Assembly: GCF_004010195.1 (NCBI RefSeq)
Contig: NC_057754.1
Coordinates: forward strand, 11,044,911 to 11,108,910
DNA: 64,000 nucleotides
From: Chiloscyllium plagiosum
Lineage: Eukaryota
Reading direction: 5' to 3'
Shown: positions 49,464 through 62,400 of the stretch, one piece after another
Layout of the letters: every line of letters begins with the position of its first letter
How positions within the stretch are numbered: the stretch's first letter is position 1
Notes under the pieces: generated by a model
Told to the model about the DNA's origin: nothing
The model's database searches: none
Seen by the model: the letters and a program-made list of their open reading frames with translations, nothing else
Made by a program: the position numbers and the translations under genes

Positions 49464-49704
49464 CGAAGATGAGCATGAATGCATAATTTCTTAATGACAC
49501 AGCTTTTGCCTTATTTTTTAATCATTGGAGATTCATTTCTCCTCCCAAATGATCAAGTCATTGATTTTTTACAGCACGGAAAATTTCCTGCTGTCACTGT
49601 GGCCTTGTGTGTTCTGACATTTCAAATGTTCATCTCAATAATATTTTCCCTGCAATGTTTTAATCTCAAAAGACACAACAAATGAGATTGAAGATATTTT
49701 AAAA

Positions 49705-49920
49705 CTTATTCATTTTGTGGAGTGTTGACATTACTGGCTAGCCTGTATTTATTGCTCGTCCCTAGTTGCCCCTAGAAGATGGTGGTGAGCTACCTTCTTG
49801 AACCGCTGCAATCCACCTGCTGTAGGTCGACTCAGATTGCCATTAGGGAGAGAGTTCCAGGATTTTGACCCAGCAACACTGAAGGAATGGCGATATATTT
49901 CCAAGTCAAAGATACTCAAC
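49705..49920 (-). mobile_element. L2-clade LINE 3' end
   Basis: SFSVAGSKSWNSLPNG..GLQRFKKVAHHHLLG and tail. Confidence 0.7.
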
Positions 49921-50033
49921 AATTTCATACACTGTCCACAGGAAGATTCTCCTGTCTGTGATGGGACCAGCTGTACTGCTTTGAATAACACCACCAAAAG
50001 AACTTGCTCAATTGGTTACTTGCTTCACTGCTA

Positions 50034-50330
<297 letters not shown>

Positions 50331-51419
50331 GAACCTCAAAAAGCAAAAACAGATTTTGAAATTGAACTGAACAAATCTTGTATTTTATGGGGTCAGTATT
50401 CGAAAAAAAAAAGACAATGAAAGCTGCCAGATTGTAATGCCAGTGTCTATCAGGAAATAGAACCTGCCACCAGGATTGGGCCTAGACAAGAGAAGTTGGG
50501 AAATTAGCAAAGAAGGATTCCTACATTTGCACTTCAAAGTGATGTTTGAGAGAACGTGTCACCTCCACAACCTAGCAGTTCCTGCATGCTGCAACAGCAA
50601 CAACATCTGAAATATCACTGCTCTCTACATTTTAAGAATCCCGAACTCTTTACACTCAGTGCCTCAGAGTAACGATCACAGAGACAGAGTGGTTTTTGGA
50701 GCACAAGACATCGTGGGAATGGAATCTACATCAGTGATAAGTGGTTTTGTAAACTAAAGGCCTTAAACTTGTTTTTTTTTCCCTTTGTTTCCACAATGCT
50801 GCATTATCTGTTGAGAAGTTGCAGTTTTTTTCCATTTCACAATTCCAGAAATCATCCTGTTTTGCTTTTGTTTTAATACAAACCAAGTAGAAAAGACAAA
50901 AATGAAAATAAATGATAGGCCAACTGGATAAAAAGGAAGGCTACCCTGTGGTGCATTTATTAGAAAGGAATATAGATAATCAAAAGCAATGTTGAGATTT
51001 AATTTAAATGCAATAAAAATCTGTGGATGCTGGAAATCTAAATTAAAACACAAATTATTGGAGAAACTCAACAGATCCCACAGCATCTGTGAAGAGAAAT
51101 ATTAACTCTCTCTGCTTTCTCTCCACAGATGCTGTCAGACCTGCCAGGTTTCCCCAGCAATTTCTGTTGTGATGATGGCAATCCATTGTTAGAATTAGTG
51201 GCATGATGTATTCATTCTGAAATTAGACAGATTACAACAAAATTCTAGCATTTAAATGGGAATCCTACATTTTCTGATAAATCAGCAGAAGCAACGTAGT
51301 TCAGACATTTCCTGAACTTTCATCTGTTTTAATTTCCGTCCAGTCTCTCACAATGATCTTTGACTATCTTCTCACTTCACTGAAACTACATTTCAGCAGC
51401 TTGATAGGATACTTGGCCC

Positions 51420-51581
51420 AGGGTCTAGATTAGAATGGTGCTGGAAAAGCACAGGAGTTCAGGCATTTTGCCCGAAACGTCGATTTTACTGCTCCTGGGA
51501 TGCTGCCTGAACTGTTGTGCTTTTCCAGCACCACTCTAATCCAGACTCTGGTTTCCACCATCTGCAGTCATTGTTTTTACC
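51420..51581. mobile_element. Fold-back (inverted) PLE terminal insertion with a 15-bp TSD
   Basis: TAGGATACTTGGCCC at 51405-51419 and 51582-51596. About 43-nt inverted arms flank gcccgaaacgtcg. Confidence 0.8.
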
Positions 51582-52204
51582 TAGGATACTTGGCCCCTCA
51601 AACCTGCTTTGATTCCAGCAACTACAATTTTTTTTGTCTCTTCATCAATAAGGTTTGGTCTGATTTGATTGTGGTCTCAGCTTCTGGTCTACTCCCGATA
51701 TTTTTTGACTCTCTTGTCAGTCAAGAGTTTAACTACCTCTGCATTGAATATTTTTAATGACTGCCACTATTACTGTATGGGTGAATGAGTTCCATAGGCG
51801 TATCCTTTGAGCAAAAAACAATTCACGGCTCAGAGGAAACAGAGTAATGATCAATGGATATTCTTCAAGCTAGAGGAAGGTTTGGAGTGGAGTACCCCAA
51901 CATTGGTTTTGGGACCCTTGCTTTTTCAGATATGTATTAATAATCTAGATCATGATGTGCAGGGATAATATCAAACTCTAAATGTTGAAGAATTGTAAGC
52001 TGTGAAGACCAGAGGTACTCTGGGTGACCACTTTGCAGAACATCTCCAGTCCATGTGCAAGCATGAGCCCGGCCTTCCAGTAGCCAGTCATTTTTACACT
52101 GCATCCTGCTGACATGCCCACTTGTCTGCCCTCGGCATGCTGCAATGGGAAACTGATGGGAAACCGTGACTATCAGGCCCCTGTACACACTGCAGGCCAC
52201 CAGT

Positions 52205-53580
52205 GGAAGGCATAACTAAAGTTAGAAGCCATCACAAAACATCCCCAGAAGGTAACTACAAAGCAGATTAATTAGCCAGAAGAGGTGCTCATGTAACAGA
52301 ATTCTGGCAGCCACCCATAGGTGAGTAGGCAGATGTAGTCACTGTCAGTTAGACAAACGTAGAGGGCCTTAGGTAAGCACAATACCTTAATGATTCCTGA
52401 AAACAGATTTTGCAGGAGTTTATCCAGACACCTACACTGAATGGCAACATTTCCAACAAGTATGAAATGGATTAGTTTTAAAAGCAGGAGTCTATATAGT
52501 CCCGACTCAAGACAGTAATCAAATCATGCATCAATACCTGGATGGGCATGGGCACCAGGGAATAGAGGCCACGACCAAATAATTAAAAGAACTGTGTTGG
52601 TGGCCCAAGTTACAAGGATGTAGAACTCAACATAGAGAACTGTCTGGTGTACGCCCGAAACAATCCAGATAGGTACACCCGAAAGGGTGTACCCGAAAGC
52701 ACAACTGTCCAGTGCCAGGGCCCTGGACAAATCTATAAAATGATTACATAGGTCCCCTTCCACCATGTAGGAATGGATTTACTTACATCCTGGTCATTTT
52801 AGACACTTTCATAAAAAGGGTCAAAGCTTTTCCTTTTAGGACAGCTATCACAAAAATGACGGCACAAATCCCAATGCAACAAGTATTTACAAGATGGGGT
52901 CTAGCCCACAGTATCGAGTCACATCAGGGAACCCATTTCACTGGCCAAGTCACTCAGAATGTGACGACTATGCTTGGTACCAAGCAGAAATTCCACATTG
53001 CATACCACACCCAATCCAGCAGAATTGTGGAAAGGATGAACTGCACCCTAAAAAGGATGATGCGAAAGATGGTACAGCAGAATAATTAAACCTGGGACAC
53101 AGTACTTCCGTTTGTCCTCATGAACTCCATCTCCTGATTCCAGGATATACTCGCCATTGCCTGATCACATGCCAACCCATAAAAGGAGTCAACTACCTGT
53201 TCTGCCTCAACCTCACAGAACCTGCCCTCACTGCCCTCACACACAAAAAAAGTGGTCCCGAAGCTCACTGAGAATATCGAGGCCACTCAGCAGCAGCTGT
53301 CAGGTTAGGGACTAAAAGGAAAGTAAGTAAGGCTTACTTTGACAGTAAAGTCAATCCTGTCAGTTACACAATAGGACAGTTGGTAATGTTACAGATATAC
53401 AACCCTAGCTCCTTTCTTTCCCTTAAATATTCAGGTCCACAAACTCTGGTGGATAAGGTAAGCCCCTCAGTATACAAAATTTTACTAGCCACAGGAAAAA
53501 CTGACTGGTACCCTGTAAACCAGCTAAAAGCCAATGGCACAAACACAGCCACTCTCACCACCTTAGTATATGTATGCTAG
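52205..53580 (+). pseudogene. pol: Retroviral pol 3' remnant (RNase H C-terminus and integrase)
   Basis: RNase H: KVRSHHKTSPEGNYKAD*LARRGA. Zn-binding region: GHGHQG..CWWPKL..NCLV. DDE core: DYIGPLPP..YILVILDTF..RWGLAHSIESHQGTHFTG..VERMNCTLK. C-terminal: KYSGPQTLVDKVSPSVYKI. Confidence 0.88.
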
Positions 53581-55515
53581 ATGAGACTGCCCTAGAGTAA
53601 ATGAGAAGACAAGACCCTGACACATCCTCAATCAGACTGCATCCTGGACAAAATCTATACCTTTTCATCACCACCACTGACCATAGCTTCAACGTCGAAG
53701 GGGCCCCAGACAGTTTAATCGACTCGATGGAGGACTCTCTAGCTGGTTGGAAAGACTCACCAGTCACAACACGGACATGTTACACTCTCCCAACAGAATA
53801 GACATGACACGGCTCCCCAATGATCCAGAGATAGGGAAATCGAACATCCCCGACTCGCTATAACTCAGACCCCTAATGACATATCTGCACGTGATAATAC
53901 AAGAAGGCGAGTACTGACTACAGAAACATGATCGACCCAGACTACAAATGGTAATTCTGGGTGTCACCACTGAAGGGAATGACAGGACATGAACATGGGA
54001 ACTGAGGCGGGATGCAATATTTGCCAAGCCATTAAAGACTGAAGATTCACAGCGCACTGATGAGTTTCTGTTGGATGCCTACTTGACAAATGCACTCATT
54101 CAGTAATCCAGGTGATGAAACTGCTCCTGACAGCCAACCAAGGTGAGGTGCAACTGTTTCTGATGGTCCAAACACACAGGCATTTTACGTCTTCCAATCC
54201 TTATAATCTCCAAATTAGATTCTGCCCATGGTTACAACGTCCATCTCATCCTCGTCTTCACATTTCCTTCATATTCATCTTCAAATTGACATTTAACTCA
54301 TTGGTCATGATGACCATCTCATTTCAGTCTTTTCTGACCACCCCATGGTCAGGTCATTTAAAACCACTGTCACCCCTACCACCAGAAACTAGGCCTCTAA
54401 ACCCAACTTAACCTTCCAAATGGGGTTCACGTTATTATTCTCTTTTGTTTTTTAAACAAGAAAGCAGGGGAGGGTTAGGGCATATGCATTACACCTGTTT
54501 GAAACGATTCAGATATTAGTCAAGGATAACAGAAACAACCCTGATCTCTTCCCAGGATAACCATGAACGCGTGGAACACAACCAAGTTATACCTCACCAG
54601 GATCGTCATCATCACAGGGAACAACACACATGAAACACCGAACAGATCAGGATATATGTACCCAGGATACTTATGATTTGGCCCACCAATTTCAGGCAAA
54701 TGTGAGGGTTGTGTGTTATGGGTCCACACCAATAAAAATATAATGTTCAGATGCAACAACCAGCGGGCAATATATATGAAAATAAATGAGAGTTCAGATG
54801 ATTGCTACCTGAGCATAGAAATCATGGGTGATTGATGGGGATTTGTAAACAAAGGATGCCCCGAGATAGGATGCTTAACAAACAGCCCAGAAGAGGGATT
54901 GGAATTTGGGCAGTGATACCCTGGGAAACTCAGAGTGGATGTTTGCTCTGTACGAAATTAGGAATGGCTTAAAACCAGCTGCAGAGGCACCTAACTCATT
55001 TGCCCTGAAGCCATCTCTGGTCCACAAAACGGACTAGTTTTAAAACTACTGGCAAAGATTTATGTTAACATCAACCACGAATTGGTACCTGTGGTGGTGA
55101 ATTTAGCGGGAACCCAATTGTCAGAATGGTGCTCTCCCCAACTGAAAAGACTATACTATTGGGATGAGAGATAGGGACAGACAACTGGAAGACCAAACCT
55201 GGAATGGAGAAACACCATAAAAGGGAAATACTTAATGATTTAGCGACAAAGTATGGGGCAGGGGTATCAATCATTAATGCCTTTGATTTGGCTGATGTGG
55301 ACAATAAATTCAGAGTCCTGACCTGACAACTAAAACAGGCTTTGGACACAATGAGAATAGTCCGCAGGATGTCGAAGGGGAAGTAGTTGGAAATAAAGCT
55401 GGTAGCCTTATGGTAGCTGTGCTAGAAGGACATGCGAAAACAACAAACCAGATGATAAAAGAGAAATTGGAAGACAACAGCAGACAAGCGAATCAGATCC
55501 TATACACCATATATA

Positions 55516-55697
55516 GACATAGAACATTACAGTGCAGTACAGGCCCTCGATGTTGCGCCAACCTTTGGAACCAATCTGAAGCCTATCTATCCCACACTAT
55601 TCCATTTTCATCCCTATGTTTATTCAATGACTATTTAAATGCCCTTAACGTTGGCAAGTCTACCACTGTTGCAGGCAGTGCGCTCCACGCCCCTACA
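55516..55697 (-). mobile_element. CR1 3' tail inserted in env
   Basis: Reverse complement matches the tail of the 7-11 kb CR1 (11170-11365). Confidence 0.88.
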
Positions 55698-56827
55698 TGG
55701 AACGACAGTGGATGATAGAACAGTTAAAAGAAAATCTTGATCAGGTTTGACACGGACAGGTTCCATCCTGGATCAGCAACGAACAGATACAGCATTTTAT
55801 TCAGGGGAAAGAAACACCCCAAATTATCAGACTGCCAACTGAGGCAACTGACCAAAGTCTGGTTCAACGATGACTGTAAAGGAACTCTTGGGAAAGCTTT
55901 AGGGATGATATTAGGACTCCCAATAATCACCGATGACAGAATTGGACTAGGGGTGTTCAAAGTAGAAAACATAGGCACTATTCAGGAGGGCATATGGATA
56001 GGATTTGATGGCACCTTACCGTACACAATGATAACAGGCCCGTATCCAATTTATTTGAATGCCCCATAGAAGCTCGCAATCTGGGCATTGACATAACTCA
56101 GGGTAGCCTACAGAGGAGAAGGAGAATACTGCCTCACAACCCCATTTAGCACATCAACATATCCGAATGGGACAGCCCAATGTCACCAACACCACCTATT
56201 GTATTGGGCCACACATACTTGACAGGATAGGCCTAACTCAGCTGATAAATACACACAAAGGGAGAGAGGGGAATTTAATGCAAGTGAGAAACTTCGGCAA
56301 ACTCTGGGGGAATATCTGGAGAAGTGTGACACTGAGCCCAAACCCTGCCGGCAATGTTACACCTAATTCAGACCCAGTTGACCACAGCATGTAGAACCCG
56401 TAGAACCTTCACCAAAAACCCAGCCTGCAGGAATTCACAAAGGCAGCTTTTGAAAACCCAAAATGTACCATTATACTGTGAGACTCCATGCCGTCACTTT
56501 TGCGTTCAGAATCTCTCTTCCCCTGACTCCTCCCCTGCTTTCCTCTTCCCTCATTCCTTTTTGTTTCTCCATCAATCTATCTTTACTTAAGAGCCCACAT
56601 AAGTCCAAGCAGTGATCTCAGTCATAACAACCAGGAATCAAATCAACTTGTTTGGAGGTAAAGACCTTAGTGTTGCATTGTCAGGTACCCAATGTGGAAC
56701 CATGAGTCTGGGATTTATCAAATAAGCCCAATGTGTGACCTCTAGATTATTTAAATCGAAATATAACAATGCAGCACACTATACTATATATATTAGCAAA
56801 CTGAGCTCAGTTCAATCATTGACACTT

Positions 56828-57118
56828 GGGGGTGCCACGATGGCTCAGTGGTTAGCACTGCTGCCTCACAATGATAGGGACCTGAGTTCAATTCCAACCT
56901 TGGGTGAATGTCTGTGTGGAGTTTGCACATTCTCCCTGTGAGTGTGTAGGTTTCCTCTGGGTGCTCTGGTTTCCTTCCACAGTCCAAATGATGTCCTGGC
57001 CAGATGGGATTAGCCTTGGGAAATGCAGGGTTACAGAGATGGGGTAGTTCTGGGTCGGAGGGCCAGTGTGGACCTGATGGGCCAAAACGCCTGCTTCCGT
57101 ACTGTAGCAATTCTATGA
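56828..57118 (+). mobile_element. HE1/V-SINE inserted in env
   Basis: TGGCTCAGTGGTTAGCACTGCTGCCTCAC head, V-domain and attctatgatt tail. Confidence 0.88.
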
Positions 57119-57648
57119 TTAAAGGTATGACAGCAGATAAATGATGTCAAAGAGCGAATAAAGGAAATTAAATTAAAAACTTGGTGGGAGGATTTCTGGA
57201 TCTGGGCCTCGCACCTACAAATCCATCCCTCGGTCTGTATTGTGTCACATCTGTCTGTGTTGTTAATTCTGGTTACCCTGGTATACCTCATCATCCTCAC
57301 TGTCAATATGAACCTGGAGAGCTCACTCAACTTCTGGTCTCCCTAAGCTTATTGAACATTATATCAACATTGTAAATGTTTTGCTAAGCCTAGTAGATAT
57401 TAGTTATCACCTTGTTTGTGTGAAATGTCCTATCCCATTGTTTATGTAAAATATTCTTCAGTTTAATTATGTTCATTCGATTTTTGTTATGAATTTCTTT
57501 TCGTATTTGCCCATTTCGCCAATGTCTTATTTATTTTAATTTACTTCTTTTGCTTGATCATCATTGGGTATGAATTTTTGATGTTCCATTTAAATATAGT
57601 TTGGTGATGTTTGCTTGATCTTAGGCATTCAGGATCAAGAAGAGGGTC

Positions 57649-58557
57649 TGTGGGCGGACAAGCTGCTCAAAATAATTAATTTATTATGGATTTATAAAGA
57701 TTTCGACAATAACTAAGGCATACTGCGAAAACTGAGGCAAGCCTTGCCCAGAGTGACTGTGCTAATAAACATGTTGCAAAATCCAGACAGGCTGCAGCTA
57801 CCAACAGGTAGTATGTAACTGACCTGGTAGCTGCAGACGACACAATACATATCCAAATTTGGGTTGGAACAGTTGACCAGAATGCGATCGAAATTACTAT
57901 TAGGTCTGAGAACTGAGATTTACATACTAATAAACCAAAGCCTGCAACCCATTCTAAAAAATGAAAGACTTGACAGCAATCTAGGTTTGTTCAATATTTT
58001 GTGTCAGTTGCATGCATGACATTGTGACCTTTTGCTATAAATTCTGTATCTTATAATCCTGCTCCACAGCTACCTGATGAAGGAACAGCGCTCCGAAAGC
58101 GAGTACTTACAAATAATTCTGTTGGAATATAACCTGGTGTTGTGTGATTTTTAAACTTTGTCCACCCCAGTCCAACATCGGCACGTCCACATCAATCTAT
58201 TGGAGGACATTAAAGACCCTCCCAATAGGGCTGAAACAATTACCAAGTACGAGAATTGCCACAACACCACCCTCGGGAGCGGTAACGTGGGATCAACCAC
58301 CAAGTTGCGAAGACACCCCTGAGACTATCTGGAGAAGACCAGATGACTATCATCATGTGGATCAAGGCCAAGATCTTGTGTGGTGGTATATGATCACCCA
58401 GAGTGAAGTAAAGCACAAGATAGATTTGTAGTGTCAATCATTAGTTTATAGTGTATTTTGTTGTGATACAATTAATAGTGTCAAATAAAATGAATATTAC
58501 TGTTCATTATTATTGAGTCGACTCGCAGTTCTTTTGCTGGATATAAGAGTTAAAACA
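57649..58557 (+). mobile_element. Putative 3' LTR of the ERV (with a PLE insertion at ~57990-58195)
   Basis: Purine tract AAGAAGAGGG at 57637-57646 just before TG at 57649, AATAAA at 58484-58489, and a terminal ...AAAACA at 58557. No second LTR is present in the window to confirm the ends. Confidence 0.6.
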
Positions 58558-59760
58558 TACTGTGTGGCAGGCACGACAGAAGGATGGACAATGCTCCTGC
58601 AGTCTGCTTCAGGGAGGGGAGTTTAAAGGATCATAACTAGCATTGAGACTCCAATAGTACCCACACTCATTCTCTCTCACACAGATAGAAACAGTCTAAT
58701 ACTCAACTCCTGCACCATCCACTTGGCAAAGGAACTATGGCTGCCAGTAGCTAGTTTAAATACCCTCAGGTCTGACCCATCATTCAGCTCATCCTATCAG
58801 CTCCTTCGACTTGGGAGTACAACTGCCCATGTTTGCACCACTGAAAGAGGCATTTTTGTGGTATTAGAGAGAGGACATGTGAGAGAAAGCAGCTCAGTAA
58901 TTTAGCCCAGACTGCCTCTGTCTATCCCTCTCCTCCCCCACTTCCTAACTTCACACAAACTGGTCCCAAATTTAAAATCCATAAAGAGACAAAGCTGCAG
59001 TATCAAAACAGCAGCAACTACAATGCAGGTTAATAAAGACAATAGGATACAGGCTTCTGCAACCAATGGATACAGATTTATTTCACAAGGGAACACAGGA
59101 TTTTCACACAGATCAATACAAGGTATGAGTGGGACTGAAAAGAACAAGCTTCCAGGTTTACTTTTAAGTAGTTTGTGAATTCTACAAATCAATCAACTCA
59201 TTTTCCAAATAAGCAGTGATTACACAGATGTGCTCTCACCCCCCCAACCACCACCCACCCAGTGATTTCTTTAACTGAGCTGGAGTTCATTACTTTCAGC
59301 AGAAACAGACCCCAGTGGATATGGTTCAATAATCAATTAAAAAATAAGAAAATAATCAAACTGCTCTGGCACAACTTAATAGCAGGTATGGGACTTGAAA
59401 CCAGAGCTTCTGTTTCAAGGTGAGGGACACTAAAAGGGTGACAAGTCACATCAAAAGAGCAGAGTAAAATACTTGGAACTTTGAACTTCATAAACTAAAT
59501 ATATCGAGCAGAAAAAATAAGGAAAATATGCTGACCTTTTGACAAACTGCCTCTAGGACTCAATTAGAGTCCACTTCTAGCCACTATGCTTTGTGTTTTT
59601 GACAGGTTTAGCTGAAGGAAAGAAATAAGAAATGGTGGCCCAACGTTGATGGAAGCTATAGTTAAGGTTTTAGGAAAGAGATGCAGAGGTGATGTGAGAA
59701 AAACTTTTATTAAGGACAACAACAGCAACAGATGCAGTCACTTCGGAACTCGCTGGTGTT

Positions 59761-60765
59761 TCACCAGGTGAGATGACTGAGGAAGTCCTTTCCTACAGAG
59801 GGTGCAGGTAACAACTTGTCACCAGTATGTAATCGCTGGTGTTTCAGAAGGTTTTTTGAATGGACAAATCGTTTTCCACATTCGGAGCAGTGGAATGGTC
59901 TCTCTCCAGTATGAATGCGTTGGTGTATTAGCACTGCATATCTGCTTTTAAAGCTCTTCACACAGTGCAAACATTTGAAAGGTTTGTCATCACTGTGAAC
60001 CAGTTGGTGTGCCTTGAGTTTGGATAAATGAGAGAATGCCTTCCCACATTCAGAGCAGGGGAATGGTTTCTCCCCAGTGTGAATGCGCTCATGTGTCAGC
60101 AGGTTGGACGAGTCACTGAATCCCTTCCCACATTTAGAGCAAATAATTGGCTTCTCCCCTGAATGAAATCGCAGATGTCTGGACAAATTGGATGACTGAC
60201 TGAATCCCTTCCCACACTCGGGGCAGATAAATGGCCTCTCCCCAGTGTGAGTGCATTCATGTTTCTGAAGGTCAGATGACTGAGTAAATCCCTTCCCACA
60301 AACAGAGCAGGCGTATGGCCTCTCCCCAGTGTGAGTGCGTTCATGTTTATGAAGGTCAGACGACTGAATAAATCCCTTCCCACAAACAGAGCAAGTGTAT
60401 GGCCTCTCTCCAGTGTGAGTGTATTCATGTCGTAGAAGTTCAGATGACTGGGTGAATCGCTTCCCACACACAGAACAAATAAATAGCCGCTCCCCGGTGT
60501 GAACTCGCTGATGTGTCTGCAGGTTGGATGACTCACTGAATCCCTTCCCACATTCAGGGCAGATGAATGGCCTCGCCCCAGTGTGAGTGCGTTCATGTCT
60601 TAGACGGTCTGATGACTGAGCAAATGCCTTCCCACAAACAGAGCAGCTGTATGGCCTTTCCCCTGTATGACTGCGTCGATGGGCTTCCAGCAAGCATGGA
60701 TATCTGAATCCTTTCCCACAGTCTGCACATTTCCATGGTTTCTCCAAAGGACAGGTGTCTGCCAT
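59761..60765 (-). CDS. C2H2 zinc-finger protein, 11 fingers plus a frameshifted 12th, no KRAB domain (paralog B)
   Basis: Intact 334-aa ORF. Acceptor ttttacAG at 61081-61082 is homologous to that of paralog A. The first exon is not identified in the window. Confidence 0.9.
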   Translation of the reverse strand: MADTCPLEKPWKCADCGKGFRYPCLLEAHRRSHTGERPYSCSVCGKAFAQSSDRLRHERTHTGARPFICPECGKGFSESSNLQTHQRVHTGERLFICSVCGKRFTQSSELLRHEYTHTGERPYTCSVCGKGFIQSSDLHKHERTHTGERPYACSVCGKGFTQSSDLQKHECTHTGERPFICPECGKGFSQSSNLSRHLRFHSGEKPIICSKCGKGFSDSSNLLTHERIHTGEKPFPCSECGKAFSHLSKLKAHQLVHSDDKPFKCLHCVKSFKSRYAVLIHQRIHTGERPFHCSECGKRFVHSKNLLKHQRLHTGDKLLPAPSVGKDFLSHLTW

Positions 60766-61678
60766 ATCTCTCTATATGTGAAGATCAGCTGACTTCTCCT
60801 CTCCTGACAGGACAGGGCTACAGTTTCTCCCCACTGACAATCGTGTGATGTTATTCAGTCTGTGTAAATGTTCAAGACCTGTCCACAGTTAGTTCACTGA
60901 AAGACTCACTTGGGTGGATGCGTCTTGGTGCATTTCCAGTCACATCGATGTTTGAAATCTTTTCCCACAAACAGAAAAGATAAACGTTGAAAATCTAATG
61001 GATTTCAAGTCTTGATGAATTGACTCACTCTCTGATCCTGATGGAATGTTTGTTTTGAATTCTTACTGATAAACGTGCCTCTGTAAAACAAATTTAAATC
61101 AGAAAAAGGTGAGTCTGAGAAAGAGAACTGTTTAAAACACGAAAGGAGGTTGTGAAAGGGAGTATATTGAATCTGGTAATTTGTGTGCAAGACACTCCGA
61201 ATCGGTGACCATGAAAAGTTACTGGATTGTCATAAAAACTCAACTAGTGCACAAATGTCCTTCAGGGAAGGGACCCACTTCCTATCCTGGACCTTCACAG
61301 ATTCAGCCCTCAATGGGAAGTGAGACAGTGAGAGCAATGGGATACTTAATGGCACTGCTTCCTCCCTCGACATGTCAGGAATAACTTTGAAAGATTCGCC
61401 CTCGAGGAAGGTCAACAGCAATGTGTATGGAGATCCATGACCTATAAATTGCCCTTCCAGGAATGCACTGTCCTCTTGTGGATACAGGGCAATGTTTCTT
61501 TATAGTAGCTGCCTGAGAATCCTGCAACCCCTCACTGAATAGCAATGTGGGAGAACTGTCACAGCAGTGAATGCTCATGTCCTAGTCATAAAATTAGATA
61601 TAAATTGAATTTGAACTGTTGTTGAGAATCTTCTGGCAAAAATATACTTTATACATAAAAACGGAAGTCTTTATATAT

Positions 61679-62400
61679 TGTTGTGAAGTTTAAGGCATGT
61701 ACTGTACCTTTAAGAGAGAATGACTGCAGGCACCTGTCACATAACTGACTAGCAGTCTCAGAGTGTACTGGAAACTTGAAAATACGTAACATTTGGCTGC
61801 TTTCACAACAGTTTGAATTTAATCAATTTAAGTTATGCCCCAAGATACTTAAAACCCAACTGAATTTGAATTTTACTGTTTTGACAACATCAAATCAATG
61901 AAACAATCCGATGTTTGGGGTACAAAAAAATCAGACACTTTGAAATCCATAGACAACGATCAACTGCTATTGTCAGACTGACTGCCCAAAAAACACTCTT
62001 TATTAAAGGTACCTTTTTCATATGAAACATCTTTGCAGCAGAAGACTGAAGATGACCCAGGGAGATCTTCAAACAGAGGAAGACCGATACTGGACATGAT
62101 AGCCACTATCTGGTTTTGAAAATTACGTTGCGGTAAATTTAATAGGGGTTCTTATTGGATCAGTATTTTGTTAGAGACTGGGAGGTAGATAACAAACCTT
62201 TAAGAGAAAGGAGACTTAGAGTTGTAAATTGTTGTTGTAAATATTCACTTTCAGAGTTAAAGAATACATTGATATATTTTCCTTTAAATAGTGGAATTTG
62301 GGTAATTGTCTGTCACTCATACTTTAGCAGTTTACGAGGGGAGGTGAACTTTTCTGTGTGTTTAGTTTAATTATCAGAAGGGTTCACCGCCGTGTCTACA
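61679..62400 (+). mobile_element. Probable solo LTR
   Basis: TGT...ACA termini with near-matching 4-bp flanks (ATAT / ATAC), no ORF, located where homology to the paralog A intron ends. Confidence 0.5.

Larger units (their letters stand above)
54563..57346 (+). pseudogene. env: Env-like fusion glycoprotein pseudogene (F-protein-like topology)
   Basis: ATG at 54563 after a tctcttcccAG acceptor, GLVLKLLAKIYVNINHELVPVVVNL, KHHKR|EILNDLATKYGAGVSIINAFDL, a long post-cleavage ectodomain, then WWEDFWIW and a hydrophobic VLLILVTLVYLIILTV, stop at 57344-57346. Confidence 0.72.
52205..58557 (+). mobile_element. 5'-truncated endogenous retrovirus: RNase H-integrase-env-PPT-3'LTR
   Basis: Domain order and motifs are given in the pol, env and LTR entries. 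gag/PR/RT are absent. Nested CR1, SINE and PLE insertions. Confidence 0.8.

Noticed and set aside
59380..59445. B-box-like tRNA fragment (also ~48478-48487)
   Set aside because: No cloverleaf or isotype match. More likely a SINE head or chance.
60096..60596. Periodic alternative-frame ORF (also 34817-35185)
   Set aside because: Shadow frames of the C2H2 arrays.
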